A stretch of DNA of 63,142 bases, counting the filler, from Octopus bimaculoides (taxonomy: Eukaryota): NCBI RefSeq assembly GCF_001194135.2. It is 7 parts of 7 records of this genome, joined end to end, with 100 filler letters (N's around TTAATTAATTAA, not from the genome) between each part and the next. Parts side by side here need not be neighbours in the genome. Positions count along the whole stretch, not along the records: positions 8,889 to 22,303 come from NC_068982.1; positions 22,404 to 39,457 come from NC_068987.1; 5 more parts are not named here. The stretch is one strand, 5' to 3'. The stretch's first letter is position 1. The number at the start of each line of letters is the position of its first letter. A model generated the notes under the pieces. It did not search any database. It was given only the letters and a program-made list of their open reading frames with translations, and was not told the DNA's origin. Below, piece after piece: positions 11,850-24,780 of the stretch. The translations under genes and the position numbers were made by a program.

Positions 11850-13530
11850 TTGTCTATGTTAGTTGATGGAACATTTTTAAGTGACAATCTCGAAAATGTT
11901 GAGTTTTTAGGCTTAGAAAATGACTAATAAATAATCTATATGTGGAACAGTAAATATATGCAAAACTTTTCTGAAGTTCAACATGTAGCACTTAATGATT
12001 TTTGTCAAGGAAATTCTAGCGATGGAGACACTCACGCCGTCGATGACAATCGACAATGTCCATTGCTATTGTTGTTATCAGATAAAGATAGACCTGCAGC
12101 ATTGATGTGGTCGCATATGACAACGAAAATACTTTGAGGAATCTAACTCTATGAATGACCCAAATGACTAATAATAAAAATATAAATTGAACCGATGCCT
12201 GTATTTATAATTGACATAATGACACATCCGAGATACAACAAATGTTGTTTCAGCACACGAGTTAACACCAAGAATCTTGCAACCCAAATCAGAACACTTT
12301 CGAAAAGTTTAACATGGATATAACAATAAAAGCTCAATCATCCATCAACTTCTGGATGTAGTAATGATTGTAATAACTGAAGCATTGAGTATTGTCCCTT
12401 ACATAATGAGTGCATATGTATATGCCACGTGTATCAGACCACTATGAAATAAACACGGTATTATTGCGGCTTACATCGGATTACACTCGTGTAAGAGCAA
12501 ACTACACCAACGCATAAGCTCATTCAACCACTTTGTGCAAAGAGATTATTTAATCTCTCTCACATCACACCCCGAGGAAAATATAACATTTACTCACTCT
12601 CGAAAACTCTTACCGATATTGAAGAGGCAGTGGATAGCATTTTACCCGTAGACAATTATTATTGAACAATATAACCAATCCTACTTGTAGAATAATATTA
12701 ACTTTTGGGGTTCTGCTGTGAAAGTTTCCTTTTAATTTTTTTGCGAAAGTAAAAGTTTCCAGGAGGAAGGACTAACAAATACAAGGCTAATTGTCTTTGG
12801 CGTCAGACTGAATGAAATTTCACTCTTCTACAACCATCAGAGATTTACATATACTGCCATTGGATGATTGAGCTATCCAGTGTCAGTTTGCGTTTGAAAA
12901 ACTCGTTGATTTATGCTATTATCGGTCATTACATATTGAAATTTCTACATATCAAGTTTCCTTATATTCTCAGCTGTGTTTATAATTCGATAAACTTTAA
13001 ATCCGTTGTGGTTTTGACACCTACCTTCATCCTTTACACGTTATTTGAAGCCCTCACCATAAACATTACGGTCGAAACAAACATAAATTTAGTTAGTGTC
13101 TGAGATGTCACTGTTAGCTTCAATAATTTACAGCTTCCTCCTTACAGAAAATCCACTGAATTCGTTCATTTCATTTGCAAATTGTAAAATATCTTGGTTT
13201 TCCTCGCATCTCATCTTCTGAATAGGCTTCCACAAATGCTACAAATACATGCTGACCCAAAGTAGAAACCTGAAATACTTTTTATTTTTTATTAAAAAAA
13301 TTTATGAACCACTTTCTGACCACAAGTATCCTCACTTTACCAATGTGTGTGAACTACTAGCAACACACCATAACACCAAAAGCATCGAACTTAGAGCGAA
13401 ATGTAAATCTTATAACTTTTGAAGCATGTTATGTCACTTGATGAGGGTCTCTGCACTGTGCGATGCATCTGATGTCATTACATCTTTCCTCATCCACTAC
13501 AGAGCAGTGCCGAAGGCAGCTGAAACGATT
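11850..13530 (+). pseudogene. Probable decayed leucine-rich-repeat (Toll-like-receptor-like ectodomain) coding relic
   Basis: One reading frame (that of ORF 12864-13103) carries several LRR-like motifs interrupted by stops: LIQPLCAKRLFNLSHITPRGKYNI (~12522-12590), ILSCVYNSINF, LVSV*DVTVSFNNLQL, KL*NILVFLASHLLNRLPQML, KPEILFIFY*KNL*TTF; also TFLSDNLENVEFLGLEND at ~11870. No TM or TIR domain seen. AT-rich DNA inflates false LRR matches. Confidence 0.5.
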
Positions 13531-13583
13531 GTTGTGCTAAATAAAGCTTCTAGTTCCACACCACCTTTCGTATCAGTCATTTA

Positions 13584-13621
<38 letters not shown>

Positions 13622-13952
13622 NNNNNNNNNNNNNNNNNNNNNNNNNNNNNNNNNNNNNNNNNNNNNNNNNNNNNNNNNNNNNNNNNNNNNNNNNNNNNNN
13701 NNNNNNNNNNNNNNNNNNNNNNNNNNNNNNNNNNNNNNNNNNNNNNNNNNNNNNNNNNNNNNNNNNNNNNNNNNNNNNNNNNNNNNNNNNNNNNNNNNNN
13801 NNNNNNNNNNNNNNNNNNNNNNNNNNNNNNNNNNNNNNNNNNNNNNNNNNNNNNNNNNNNNNNNNNNNNNNNNNNNNNNNNNNNNNNNNNNNNNNNNNNN
13901 NNNNNNNNNNNNNNNNNNNNNNNNNNNNNNNNNNNNNNNNNNNNNNNNNNNN

Positions 13953-14009
<57 letters not shown>

Positions 14010-14130
14010 GTGTGTGTGTATATGTATATAAACGCACTGTAAAGAGCGACGCGTCACCAAAGAGCGAGCTGTGTTCCCCACTCCGCTCCAGTATTTAGTG
14101 TATTACGACGCAGGCGTGGCGGTAGAGGTT

Positions 14131-14457
14131 GGGGTGAAGGCGTGTGTTACAGTGGTTAGTATTATCGGATCACGATCGTAAGATCATGTGTTCGATACAC
14201 GGCTGCGCGTTGTGTTCTTGAGCAAGACACTTTATTTCACGTTATTCCTGTCTACTCAGCTGACAAAAATTTGTTGTACCTGTGTTTCAAAGGACAAGCC
14301 TTGTCACATCGTGTGCCTTACTGAATCGCCCTGAGAAATATGTTTAGAGTACGCGTGTCTGGGCGGTACTCAGCTCATTGCAGGTTAATTTCATGAGCAG
14401 GCTGTTCCGTTGATCGGATCAACTGGAACCAGTGTTGCCGTAACCGACTCAGTGCTA
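14131..14457 (+). mobile_element. SINE family C (tRNA head + CORE-like middle + tail A)
   Basis: Head with gtggttag and gttcgat; middle ttgtgttcttgagcaagacactttatttcac; tail shared with 20024-20406 (gagcaggctgttccgttgatcggatca). Confidence 0.85.
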
Positions 14458-14576
14458 ATTGGTTTACGACGTAGGGCATCAACCTCGAGATTGACTAGTG
14501 TACCGAAATATGAGCCATATGAAAGAAATAATGATAATTCACAGAAAACAGATATAGCATTCAATTCCCTCCTGTC

Positions 14577-14654
<78 letters not shown>

Positions 14655-14686
14655 TATATATATATATATATCTATATATATATATA

Positions 14687-15129
14687 TTCTTTTATTCTTT
14701 TACTTGCTTCAGTCATTTGACTGCGGCCATGCTGGAGCACCAGCTTTTGTTAGTCGAGCAAATCGACCCAGGACTTATTCTTTGCAAGCCTAGTANNNNN
14801 NNNNNCCCAGGACTTATTCTTTGCAAGCCTAGTACTTATTCTATCGGTTCTCTTTTTGCTGAACCGATAAGTTACAGGGACGTAAACATACCAGCATCGC
14901 ATGTCAAGCGATGTTGGGGGGGGGGGTACAAACACAGACACACAATCACACACACATGCATATACACGACGGGCTTCTTTCAGTTTCCGTCTACCAAATC
15001 CACTCACAAGGCTTTGGTTGGCCTGAGGCTATAGTAGAAGACACTTGCCCAAGGTGCCACGCAGTGGGACGGAACCCGGAACTATGTAGTTGGTAAGCAA
15101 GCTACTTACCACACAGCCACTCCTGCGCC
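14687..15129 (-). mobile_element. SINE family A, full length
   Basis: Reverse complement of the 31630-32043 copy; a 10-N gap with duplicated flanks at 14796-14805. Confidence 0.95.
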
Positions 15130-15899
15130 TATCTATATATATAACGCATTGAAAACCATTCCTATTTTCCGTAAATTATATATATATTCAATACCCGATA
15201 GTGCTAATTATAATAACCGTTAAATACCTGTACACACACGCACATACACACACATGTGCACACACACTTATGCACACGCACACATTCTTGTTTCCCTAGA
15301 AAGAATACTTACTACCGTATTATAACATTCTTACACTATTTTATAATTAGTTAATTAATTGATTTGTTTATTTGGTTTCAAGATTTACGTTTCAATAATT
15401 TTCTCCTCGGGATGACGATTACATTGGTGATGCTGATGATGAAGATTATGATGATGATGATGATGGTCGATGTATTAGATTTAGTAACAAAATATTACAA
15501 CTACCCAACCATTACAATAACAACAACAGCAACAATAATAATTCAAAGAGAGAGAGAAAGAGAAAGAGAAAGAGTTGCTTTTATCATTTGATGAGAAATG
15601 AAGAGATTATAGAAGACAAAGGTGTCAGTTGTCCTTGTAGAAATTTATACACTTCGAACAACATTCCAACTGCTGCCTTCGAGATTGAAGGGTATTCGAA
15701 TTCAGACACGCATTGTCGACGAGCAGAATAGAAAGATCATTAAGATTTGAGGAGACTTGTCAACAAACCTCAAGGTTACATCCTGGCTAATTCAATTAGC
15801 ATGTAATAGCTTTTGAGTAAATAACAATAGTATTATTATTATTATTATTATTATTATCATTATTATTATTATTATTATTATCATTATTATTATTATTAT

Positions 15900-16073
15900 T
15901 AATATTTCTGGTTTAGTCGCAAGGCGAACAGTTTTGAGAAACAGGGGTTTGTCAATTACATTGATCCTCGTACTTGAATGGTTTTGTGTTTTGTTAACGT
16001 TGCAAGGATCAAAGCTGAAGTTCACCTCAGTGGTATTGAGTTCACAGCAGCAGCAGCAACAACAACAACAACA

Positions 16074-16104
<31 letters not shown>

Positions 16105-16276
16105 TCTACTATAGATGCCAGGTGTGAAATTTGGGGTGAGGGGACTAGTCGATTACATCGACCCAGTGTTTCAATGGTACTAAATTTATCGATCCCGAAG
16201 GATGAAAGGCAAAGTCGACCTCGGCGGAATTTGAACTCAGAACATAGCAGCAGACCAAATACCGCCAAGCATTTCG

Positions 16277-16326
<50 letters not shown>

Positions 16327-16540
16327 TCGACCTCGAAAGGATGCAAGGCAAAGTCGACCTCGGTGGAATTTGAACTCAGAACGTAAAGACAGATGAAATA
16401 CCGCTAAGCATTTCGCCCGGCGTGCTAACGATTTTGCCACCTCGGGTGTTTACTCAATAACGTCAGCGCTTGACTAGTACTTTATTTTATCGACCTCGAA
16501 AAGAATTAAAGACTAAGCTGACCTCAGTTGAACTTGGCAA
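15900..16540 (-). mobile_element. Cluster of SINE family B fragments separated by (CAG/CAA/CTA)n
   Basis: Repeated tcgacc.cgaa.ggatgaaaggcaaagtcgacctcggcggaatttgaactcagaac units. Confidence 0.85.
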
Positions 16541-16897
16541 AAAAAAAAAGCCAAGCAAGAAAAAAAAAAGTGAGACGCTTAGTCGATTAAATCTAACACA
16601 GTACTTGATGAAAGTACTTTCATCAATCAAACAGCGCACAACATTGAGTGTTATAATGTAAAAGACATTAAACTTAATGCATACTGGAGCTGAACTAATG
16701 GTATGCGGGTTTGATATATTGAATTTTAAATAATTTCAGTAGAAATAGTTTGCCGTGGACTTGTAAATAGATTTACTACGTCGTACCTCGCTGTGATTGG
16801 TCCAATAAATGACCAGCGCGAGATGAGAAAATGCTTTATTACAGATAAAGTGGATACATGTGAGAGAAAAAAATAATCTGACAGTAAGGTATAGATG

Positions 16898-17186
16898 GGT
16901 GGAGGTGCAATGGCCCAGTGGTTAGGGCAGCGGACTCGCTGTCGGAGGATCGCGGTTTCGATTCCCAGACTGGGAAAATACCTAAAAGCTCCACGAGGCT
17001 CCGGCAGTGGGTGGTGGCGACCCTTTTTGTACTCTTTCGCCCCAACTTTCTCTCACTCTTTCTTCCTGTTTTTTGAGTAACGCTGCGATGGACTGGCGTC
17101 CCGTCCAGCTTGGGGGGGGGGGGGCGGAACACATACGCCATAGAAACCGGGAAACCATGAACCTGGCTAGGGTTTAAAAGGGCGCA
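16898..17186 (+). mobile_element. SINE family C (tRNA head + middle M2 + tail B)
   Basis: Head ggtggaggtgcaatggcccagtggttaggg..gtttcgattccc; M2 ctaaaagctccacgaggctccggcag; tail B tgcgatggactggcgtcccgtccag..agaaaccgggaaacc. Confidence 0.85.
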
Positions 17187-18955
17187 TAAAAAAGGCATAG
17201 ATGAAGTGATTATAGTTGTACGCAGATTGTTGTGATAGGTGTATGGAAGAGTGAGTTAAAAAAAAAAAAAAGAATTGCTGAACTGTTGATCAGAATAATC
17301 CGGAAATTTCCTGGTAGCATCGGTGCAGCTCACTACTATCAGAGGGCGCTGAAATCATTGAGGGGGGAATGTCTAACACACACGCACGTACGCACACACG
17401 ATCGCGCGCACATATTGGGTTAACTGGGTTTTCAAATTTTGCCTCTTTCCAGGGTTTTTTCAATCAGTATTTGAATGAGCAATGAAAGTACTACTTGAAG
17501 TCAGAGTTAATCCAAAAAATATAAAACTTTGACTCTAATATAAGTATTGAGTCCTTTTTTCCTATAAACGTTAGTTGTAATTTATCACACATATACATAC
17601 ACATACGCAACAGACCAATGTATGAAAAATGATCCAACATACATTGGATTCGGCGACCAGTTCATGGGCGGCAAATCTAAATTTTCTGAGAGGATTTCAT
17701 TGCTTTTATGAAGCACAGGATAAATAAATTTATTCTAGTTTTATTACGCTGCCGAATCTTGCTGTAATTTTAGGCTTCGTACGCATTTCTAGATGTTCTA
17801 TTTATCGGCTAACCAGGAATTACTTTCAATTGGAAAAATACAGATGCGCACGCTTATACAAGTATTTAAGCAGTTACTTTCATGTACACTCTGTAATGTG
17901 GAAATTATATTATAGCAAGCTTTGTCTTTAAGTTTACTTTTGAGTATCCCATTGCATTTGATCACATTAAGGTACTTCTCGCCTCACGAAACTTTGTTTT
18001 CTATTCAAAGATGTCTCTCATATGCAACCATTTAAATACTGCTGTTTCTGCTTTGGCCAACGCACTTTATTGACTTAGCAGAATTTCAGCTGTTCGTTAT
18101 TGTTATAATCTTACTTTTCTTTGTAGGAGTATGGTATTTAGGTATTATCAGATACGAAACGTGCTTATACAGTATTCTTCTTTTGTCAATCAATACTTCA
18201 CGGTCGTTCATTTTGAAGAGAATTGCTATGGAAAAAATAATTATATCTACTGGAGCACTGGATTTAGCAAAGATGGCAAAGAATCGACCAGATATATATA
18301 TACTTTACAATATGTTTCTATGACTCACTTTTCCTTGTTCCAAACCCTGGACTTGCCAGTGTCAAATTTACCGTTCAAGTATCCACCCATATGTGTGTGT
18401 GTGTGTAGTTAATTGCTAAACTCAATTCATTATGTTATTATATTCCAAATGTTGTACAATCAGACTCGCTCGTTGTCACACGGACTATTGTAACTTTTAA
18501 TGTGTTTTACGTTATACAATGGCGGACACATTAAACTGATATTTATTTTTCTTACTCTCGAATCATATAAAATCGCATATTTCTGCAGATATTGAACTGT
18601 GTCCATCAAGGTGTCAATTTATTGTGTTTTCCTAAGTCTTCCTTTATAATTAATATAAATCAATAATATTTGTTCAAGGAGGATGGATGAATCAATTGGT
18701 ACACAACAATATATGCAGTAAAATATATAGTTTCGTCTTTTTTAACGTCCTGAGTTCAAATTGTAACAATACTACCTTTTAGTCTTCATCCTTCCTTTAT
18801 CGATAAGCGTAGTTGGCAAGCAACAGACATTGAAACAGGTTGTACAGTAGAATCTCCTAATATAATTATGAGCGTAGTGTTTATATATATATATGTATGT
18901 ATGTGTGTGTGTGTGTGTGTGTCTGTAAATAATATGTGACAATTATTCGGTAGCT

Positions 18956-19018
18956 ATGATAACATTCCGAGTTTCGGATGCCGGGGTGGCAACCCACGCC
19001 GCCATCTCTTAAGTTATC
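18956..19018 (-). ncRNA. Decayed hammerhead-ribozyme-like motif (Penelope type)
   Basis: Minus strand GATAA-CTTAAGA-GATG..CATC-C-GAAA-CTCGGAAT-G-TTATC. The 5-bp stem I (GATAA/TTATC) is intact, but core G5 is T and the cleavage position is G, so it is predicted inactive. Confidence 0.4.
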
Positions 19019-19078
19019 TGGCGTAGTGGTTAAGAGCGCGGGCTAATAAACCCAAGATTCCGAGTTCGATTCCAGGCA
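19019..19078 (+). mobile_element. Isolated tRNA-derived SINE head / tRNA pseudogene
   Basis: A-box TGGCGTAGTGG and B-box GAGTTCGATTCC at tRNA-like spacing; no complete cloverleaf supported. Confidence 0.65.
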
Positions 19079-20023
19079 TAATAATAATTTCAAAAGTTTA
19101 TTACTCTATCTTTGGTATTCAAGTACTATTTTTACCACTTCGAAACGTAAAAGAATTTCTCACTTCCCGAGCATTAAACAAATACATGTTTGTTGTTTAC
19201 ACACCCGTCTTTTGTTTTTTTTATTTGTAAATTCTCACTATATATATATATATATATTATTTGATAAACACAGTATATATTTTTATGAGCTACTAATAGT
19301 TTCATGCGATGAAAACAAGGTATACAGTGGTAAGTAATAATAATGTATACTGCGTTTATCAAATACTATTTATCTCTCACCAGATGGAGCACATTTTTCT
19401 TGATCTTACCATCGGGGAACAGTACACTATATATTTGTGTGTGTATGTGTATGTACTATGATAACTACCCCATTGTTCACACTGCAATGCCCGAGAAATG
19501 AGAGAGTATAATATCTATTACTGCCTAAGTTGTCACCAACTTCTCTCAAATCGTGTATAATATTGACTTGTTGCTTCAGATCAACTCTTCACTGTCCGAT
19601 ATGGAGTCAGGAAATGACAAAATTGGTAACATACTGAACTAATACAAATTACATAGAAGCATGCCTTCCCATTTCAAAATCATGCTATCGTAATTCGATT
19701 TGTATATGGACAGTATTACATATTTTATGTTCTTCGGTTTACCTAAGTGTGGACAAGGTGAAAGATTTATAAGCATACTGTGTTGTAGAGGTGTACAAAT
19801 GTATCTTGAACAAGGATGGGAGAGGTTCCTCAATTTTAAGTGAGTAGAAGCTGAGAAATCGAACGTGTTTATACTTGCGAGATTAATTATGCGTATATGT
19901 GTGTGTATGGGTGTCTCTATGTATGTATGTATGTATGTATATATCTATGTATGCATCATGCTTGTATGAATGACCGCGCGCGCACGCGCACACACACACT
20001 GATATATGTATGTAGATATGTAT

Positions 20024-20406
20024 GGTGGAGGCGCAATGGCCCAGTGGTTAGGGCACCGGACTCGCGGTCGTAGGATCGCGGTTTCGATTCCCAGACCGTG
20101 CGTTGTGAGTGTTTATTGAGCGTAAACACCTAAAGCTCCACAAGGCTCCGGCAGGAGGTAGTGGTGAACCCTGCTGTACTCCTTCACCAAAACTCCCTCT
20201 CACTCTTTCTTCCTGTTTCTGCTGTACCTGTATTTCAAAAGGCCAGCTTTGTCACACTCTGTGTCACGCTGAATCTCCCCCGAGAACTACGTTAAGGGTA
20301 CACGTGGCTGTAGAGTGCTCAGCCACTTGCACGTTAATTTCACGAGCAGGCTGTTCCGTTGATCGGATCAATTGGAAGCCTCGTCAGCGTAACCGACGGA
20401 GTGCCA
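20024..20406 (+). mobile_element. SINE family C (tRNA head + middle M2 + tail A), well preserved
   Basis: Head and M2 shared with 16898; tail A shared with 14131. Confidence 0.9.
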
Positions 20407-20771
20407 CGAGTTTCGACTTACACAGCGTGGGGTAATTACTACTATGTGAGAATCATTGCTTCTCAACTGAACATGTACTTTTGTTATTAAGTTTTGTATA
20501 TTTGTGGGAAGATGGTTATAATTTTTGCTTATGTATTTTATATCTTCATTGAAATTCCTGTAGAGTTAGTTAGTACCTGCTTGTAGTCAAGTCAATCCAC
20601 CTCGAGAAATTTTTGACGATATACATGTTGACGTTCATTTTAAGATTAAACTCTTCAGATATGGCCATTAATGCTTCGCTAAATTTGTCCTAGCTGTAAA
20701 AGCATGTCGTTCTTCCCTCACTCTTCACTCCCTTATATATACATACATACATACATACATACATACATACA

Positions 20772-20803
<32 letters not shown>

Positions 20804-20812
20804 CATACATAT

Positions 20813-20847
<35 letters not shown>

Positions 20848-22235
20848 NNNNNNNNNNNNNNNNNNNNNNNNNNNNNNNNNNNNNNNNNNNNNNNNNNNNN
20901 NNNNNNNNNNNNNNNNNNNNNNNNNNNNNNNNNNNNNNNNNNNNNNNNNNNNNNNNNNNNNNNNNNNNNNNNNNNNNNNNNNNNNNNNNNNNNNNNNNNN
21001 NNNNNNNNNNNNNNNNNNNNNNNNNNNNNNNNNNNNNNNNNNNNNNNNNNNNNNNNNNNNNNNNNNNNNNNNNNNNNNNNNNNNNNNNNNNNNNNNNNNN
21101 NNNNNNNNNNNNNNNNNNNNNNNNNNNNNNNNNNNNNNNNNNNNNNNNNNNNNNNNNNNNNNNNNNNNNNNNNNNNNNNNNNNNNNNNNNNNNNNNNNNN
21201 NNNNNNNNNNNNNNNNNNNNNNNNNNNNNNNNNNNNNNNNNNNNNNNNNNNNNNNNNNNNNNNNNNNNNATATATATATAGTGGGAGAGTGATAAACATC
21301 GACATGATAATAAGATCACAAGAGACTCAATTACTTTGCATAAATATAATCATGTCATTATAAAATCAAATTAGAAAAGATTTATCAAATATTACGTTGC
21401 ACATACATTTAAACAATATATTTGGATAAGTGAAAGCACATAAAGAATGTATCCACTATCTCAACGATAATAATTAAATACCTACAGCTGCAACATGTTC
21501 ATTCGTTGTACAATTTAAGCAAATTAAGTTGCATCGTTTGTTCTTGTGGTCATGGCTGGTTACTTAAGACATTCTCTCTGCAATCATAAGGTCATAGATT
21601 CGTTTCCATTGCTTGGCTTCTTTCTTGGCCAAGTAATTTCTACCATAGTCTCTGTGTAGATGAAAATACATGAATCCTATCGGTGGATTGTACCTGCAAT
21701 TCAAAGAGCCAAACTTTGAAGCACTGGTGCAAATCTAACCGACGGTTTCCACTCTTACCGTCCACCCTGTGTAGTATACACATTGCGTCTTGCTGGTTTC
21801 GCTTGTGGATTACGCTAAAGGTACTAGTACGTGTGAAATGCTCAACTACATGTAATATCAATTCAATGAGAAGGTAGCTCAGTTGATCGAATAACTGGAA
21901 TAATTACCGTCGAAATATTTGAAAATGAAGATTAAAAAAAAATCAGATGAGAAAGGGAATGCTTTTTGTATATTCAAAATTTGTGAAATCGATGTCGCTG
22001 GCGTTGAATTTCGGCAATATTTGTAGGCTGGATGTTAGTTGTTGTTGTGATGCTGGTGGTAGTTCAGGTGATCCCTAATCGAGCTGACCTATAATCAAAT
22101 GCCTTCCACTTATGGTTATGCCCTCTTATTTATTTCGGACACAGGTTACCCCAAATTTCTCCCCCTTTTTCTTTTGAAGAAGGTTAATACGCAGTTTGAG
22201 GAAAGCGACTGAAAGTGGGAAAAGTGTTGCTCAAG

Positions 22236-22303
<68 letters not shown>

Positions 22304-23059
22304 NNNNNNNNNNNNNNNNNNNNNNNNNNNNNNNNNNNNNNNNNNNNTTAATTAATTAANNNNNNNNNNNNNNNNNNNNNNNNNNNNNNNNNNNNNNNNN
22401 NNNTTAATTAAAATATTCCAGTTTTTTTTTTTGTTTGTCTTGGGGGGGGGGGCAGGGTTGCATGACAGTTGGAGGCATTTGTAAAATCCCACATGGTAAA
22501 AAGAGTCCCTAAATTACAAAAGGCTGAGTACCAGTGTTATAGTATAGGCTTCACCAAGGAGATCTAATAATATTGAAACGTCTGTCGCTTTAAGTGGTCG
22601 ACTTTAAAAACTGCATACATTCCAGCTGAAATTCCATTGTAAAACACCAATCTGCCGTATAGGAGTTACCTCCCTTGTTTGTTGCTTACAAGTTTTAAAC
22701 ACTCCCGAAGGGAGTTTCTCTCTACTAATTGCTTGGATAATCTCAGCTGATCGAAGTTTTCAGTTGACCATATTACATATGCAAGATTCATCTAATTTTG
22801 TATTTTGCACTCAGGACGCTCCCCGAGTTAATTTTGTTCGGTCGTGTTATTTACAAAGATGAATGAGTTGAGGGCCAAGTCAGCTGGGTTTCAGCAGCCG
22901 TAAGGCCAAAGACGTTCCAACTATGACTATTCCAACATATTTTCAGACACAAAATATCTGGGATTTATTTAAGGTGTCCTTTCTTTTTAAAACAGTAAGG
23001 CGTGTTTTCAATGAGATTTTGCTTTTATTTCTAGCAGATTGCGCGATCCCATCGAGGTT

Positions 23060-23235
23060 CTATTCATTGGTTCGTGTAAAGCTGTTGTTGTTTAACCCCC
23101 AGGTCAGTTCGAGCAGACCAATGATTAAAATCGCTCCAGCTTTGACCACAGCGCTTCTTTGTATAACCAAAACTGGAATATCCAATGTATCCTTTTTTTT
23201 TAATTTTGAAGACGATACAATGTGATTTAAGGGAT
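23060..23235 (-). mobile_element. Dispersed repeat family E fragment (related pieces at ~5610-5690, 22040-22230, 27560-27780, 58880-59010)
   Basis: Shared motifs gttgttgtttaaccccaggtcag / ctgacctgggg and gctagaaatagcagccaaatctccc. Confidence 0.7.
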
Positions 23236-23809
23236 AATTTTTTTCTTCTAATTTGGAAAGTTTATTTGCAGAGAAAATGTTTTATTTTCAGTGAAAAAAA
23301 ATTTACGGAAATAAACAATAAGCAAATTAAGAGCGAAAAACAAAATAAAAATCAGTAAATAATCATATAAATGATCAAAATAGTGACTTACGCCACCAAC
23401 CCTTACATTGCACCTGAAGAAACTGGAGTTCTCAAACAATTTTCCTTCAGGTGGGGGTATGGTGACTTGACTGCTATTTCTAGCAAATCAAGCGCCTTCA
23501 TTAGCAATGAGACTCTCCGTTTAGCAGACAAGTAGAACGAAAGAAAGAAAAAGTAGATAAGTGAATACAGAAATAACGAGATAGATAGGAAAGTACTGTA
23601 CATCAACGATCTGAACCCCCTACTAGCGATGTTGCTTTGATAAAAAAAAAAATGTGTGTGATGTGTCAATCGATCGATGATTGTCTAAAGTAGAACAAAC
23701 AAAAATTAGAGCATGTAACTACAACACCTAACAACACAAAAAAACATATGGCTATATAATCATACAAAGATACAAAACGATTAATAAACTTGATTAAAAA
23801 ATGTTTCTA

Positions 23810-24780
23810 ACAAAGGCACCGCCGCACAGAGGTACAAATTTTGGGGCAGCGGATTAATCGATATTATTGATTAGTACTTGATAGACCCCCGAACGAATGA
23901 AAGGCAGGAATTGAACGCAAATTGTAAAGAATTGTTACTAAGACTCTGACAATTCAGTTAACCCGCTACCCTTAATTGTTCCTAATAAAGGCACAAGGTC
24001 AGCAATTCGTGAGGGATAAGGGATTAATCGATTAATTCGGTCCTAATACTTGACTGGTACGGACAAAAAGCAACGCTGACTTTGACAAAATTCGAACTGA
24101 GAACGTTAAAAGCCGGCAAAAATACCGCAATGAATTTAGTCGAGTGTTCTAACAATTTTACCAAATCCACTACCCCGTATAATGGCTTCTAATTTAGGCA
24201 CACAGCCAGCAAATTTGAAGGGGGCCTAAATCGATACTATTGATTACAATACTTGATTGGCATTCATTGTATAGACTCCTGATGGACGAAAGGTTAAACT
24301 AACCTCGGCAAGATTTAAATACAGATCGTAAAGAGTCAGTAGAAATACAGCAAGGCATTTTGTCTGAGACTAAGTATAAGGTAAGCAATTTTGAAGGAGG
24401 GGGAGATTAATCGATTATATCGATCTCAATACTTGACAGGTATTTTATTCCATCGAACCCAGAAGAACGAAAGGCGGAGTTGACCTCTCCAAGATTTGAA
24501 CTCAGAACGTAAAGAGCCGGCAGCAATAAGACAAGGCAGTTTTGTCCGACGCTCAAATAATTCTTTTTGATTTAGACACAAGGGCTGAAATTTTGGGAGT
24601 GGAGGTTACTCGATTGCATCGACCCCTAGTGCTCGGATTTATTTATTTCATCGACCCCGAAAGGCTGAAAGGGAAAGTCGACTCGGCGGCATTTGAATCC
24701 AAAACGTAAAGAGCCGGACGAAATGTCGCTAAGCATTTTGTCCGTCGTGAGCTATAACGATTGTGCCAGTTCGCCGTCTT
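23810..24780 (-). repeat. Head-to-tail array of about five SINE family B units (~190 bp each)
   Basis: Recurring aggcacaagg..aaattt.ggg..gattaatcgat..tacttga..ga.cc.gaa..gaaagg...ttgaactcagaacgtaaagag motif, most intact at the right end. Confidence 0.8.

Noticed and set aside
231-11927. Many 200-490 aa ORFs in the supplied track (also at ~28.8, 37, 44, 47 and 53.6 kb)
   Set aside because: They span N gaps and microsatellites (X runs, [12 protein letters not shown]) and carry no coding signal.
14766-14834. Short direct repeat around a 10-N gap inside a SINE
   Set aside because: Overlap artefact of gap flanks.
19019-19078. Functional tRNA gene
   Set aside because: A and B boxes are present, but no complete acceptor or anticodon stems; it matches SINE heads.
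21480-21877. LRR-like and CxC..W (LRR-cap-like) strings
   Set aside because: Isolated and not in a consistent frame; expected by chance in AT-rich DNA.
23810-24780. CRISPR-like repeat-spacer array
   Set aside because: Units are ~190-bp diverged SINE copies in a eukaryotic context; no short conserved repeats with unique spacers and no cas genes.
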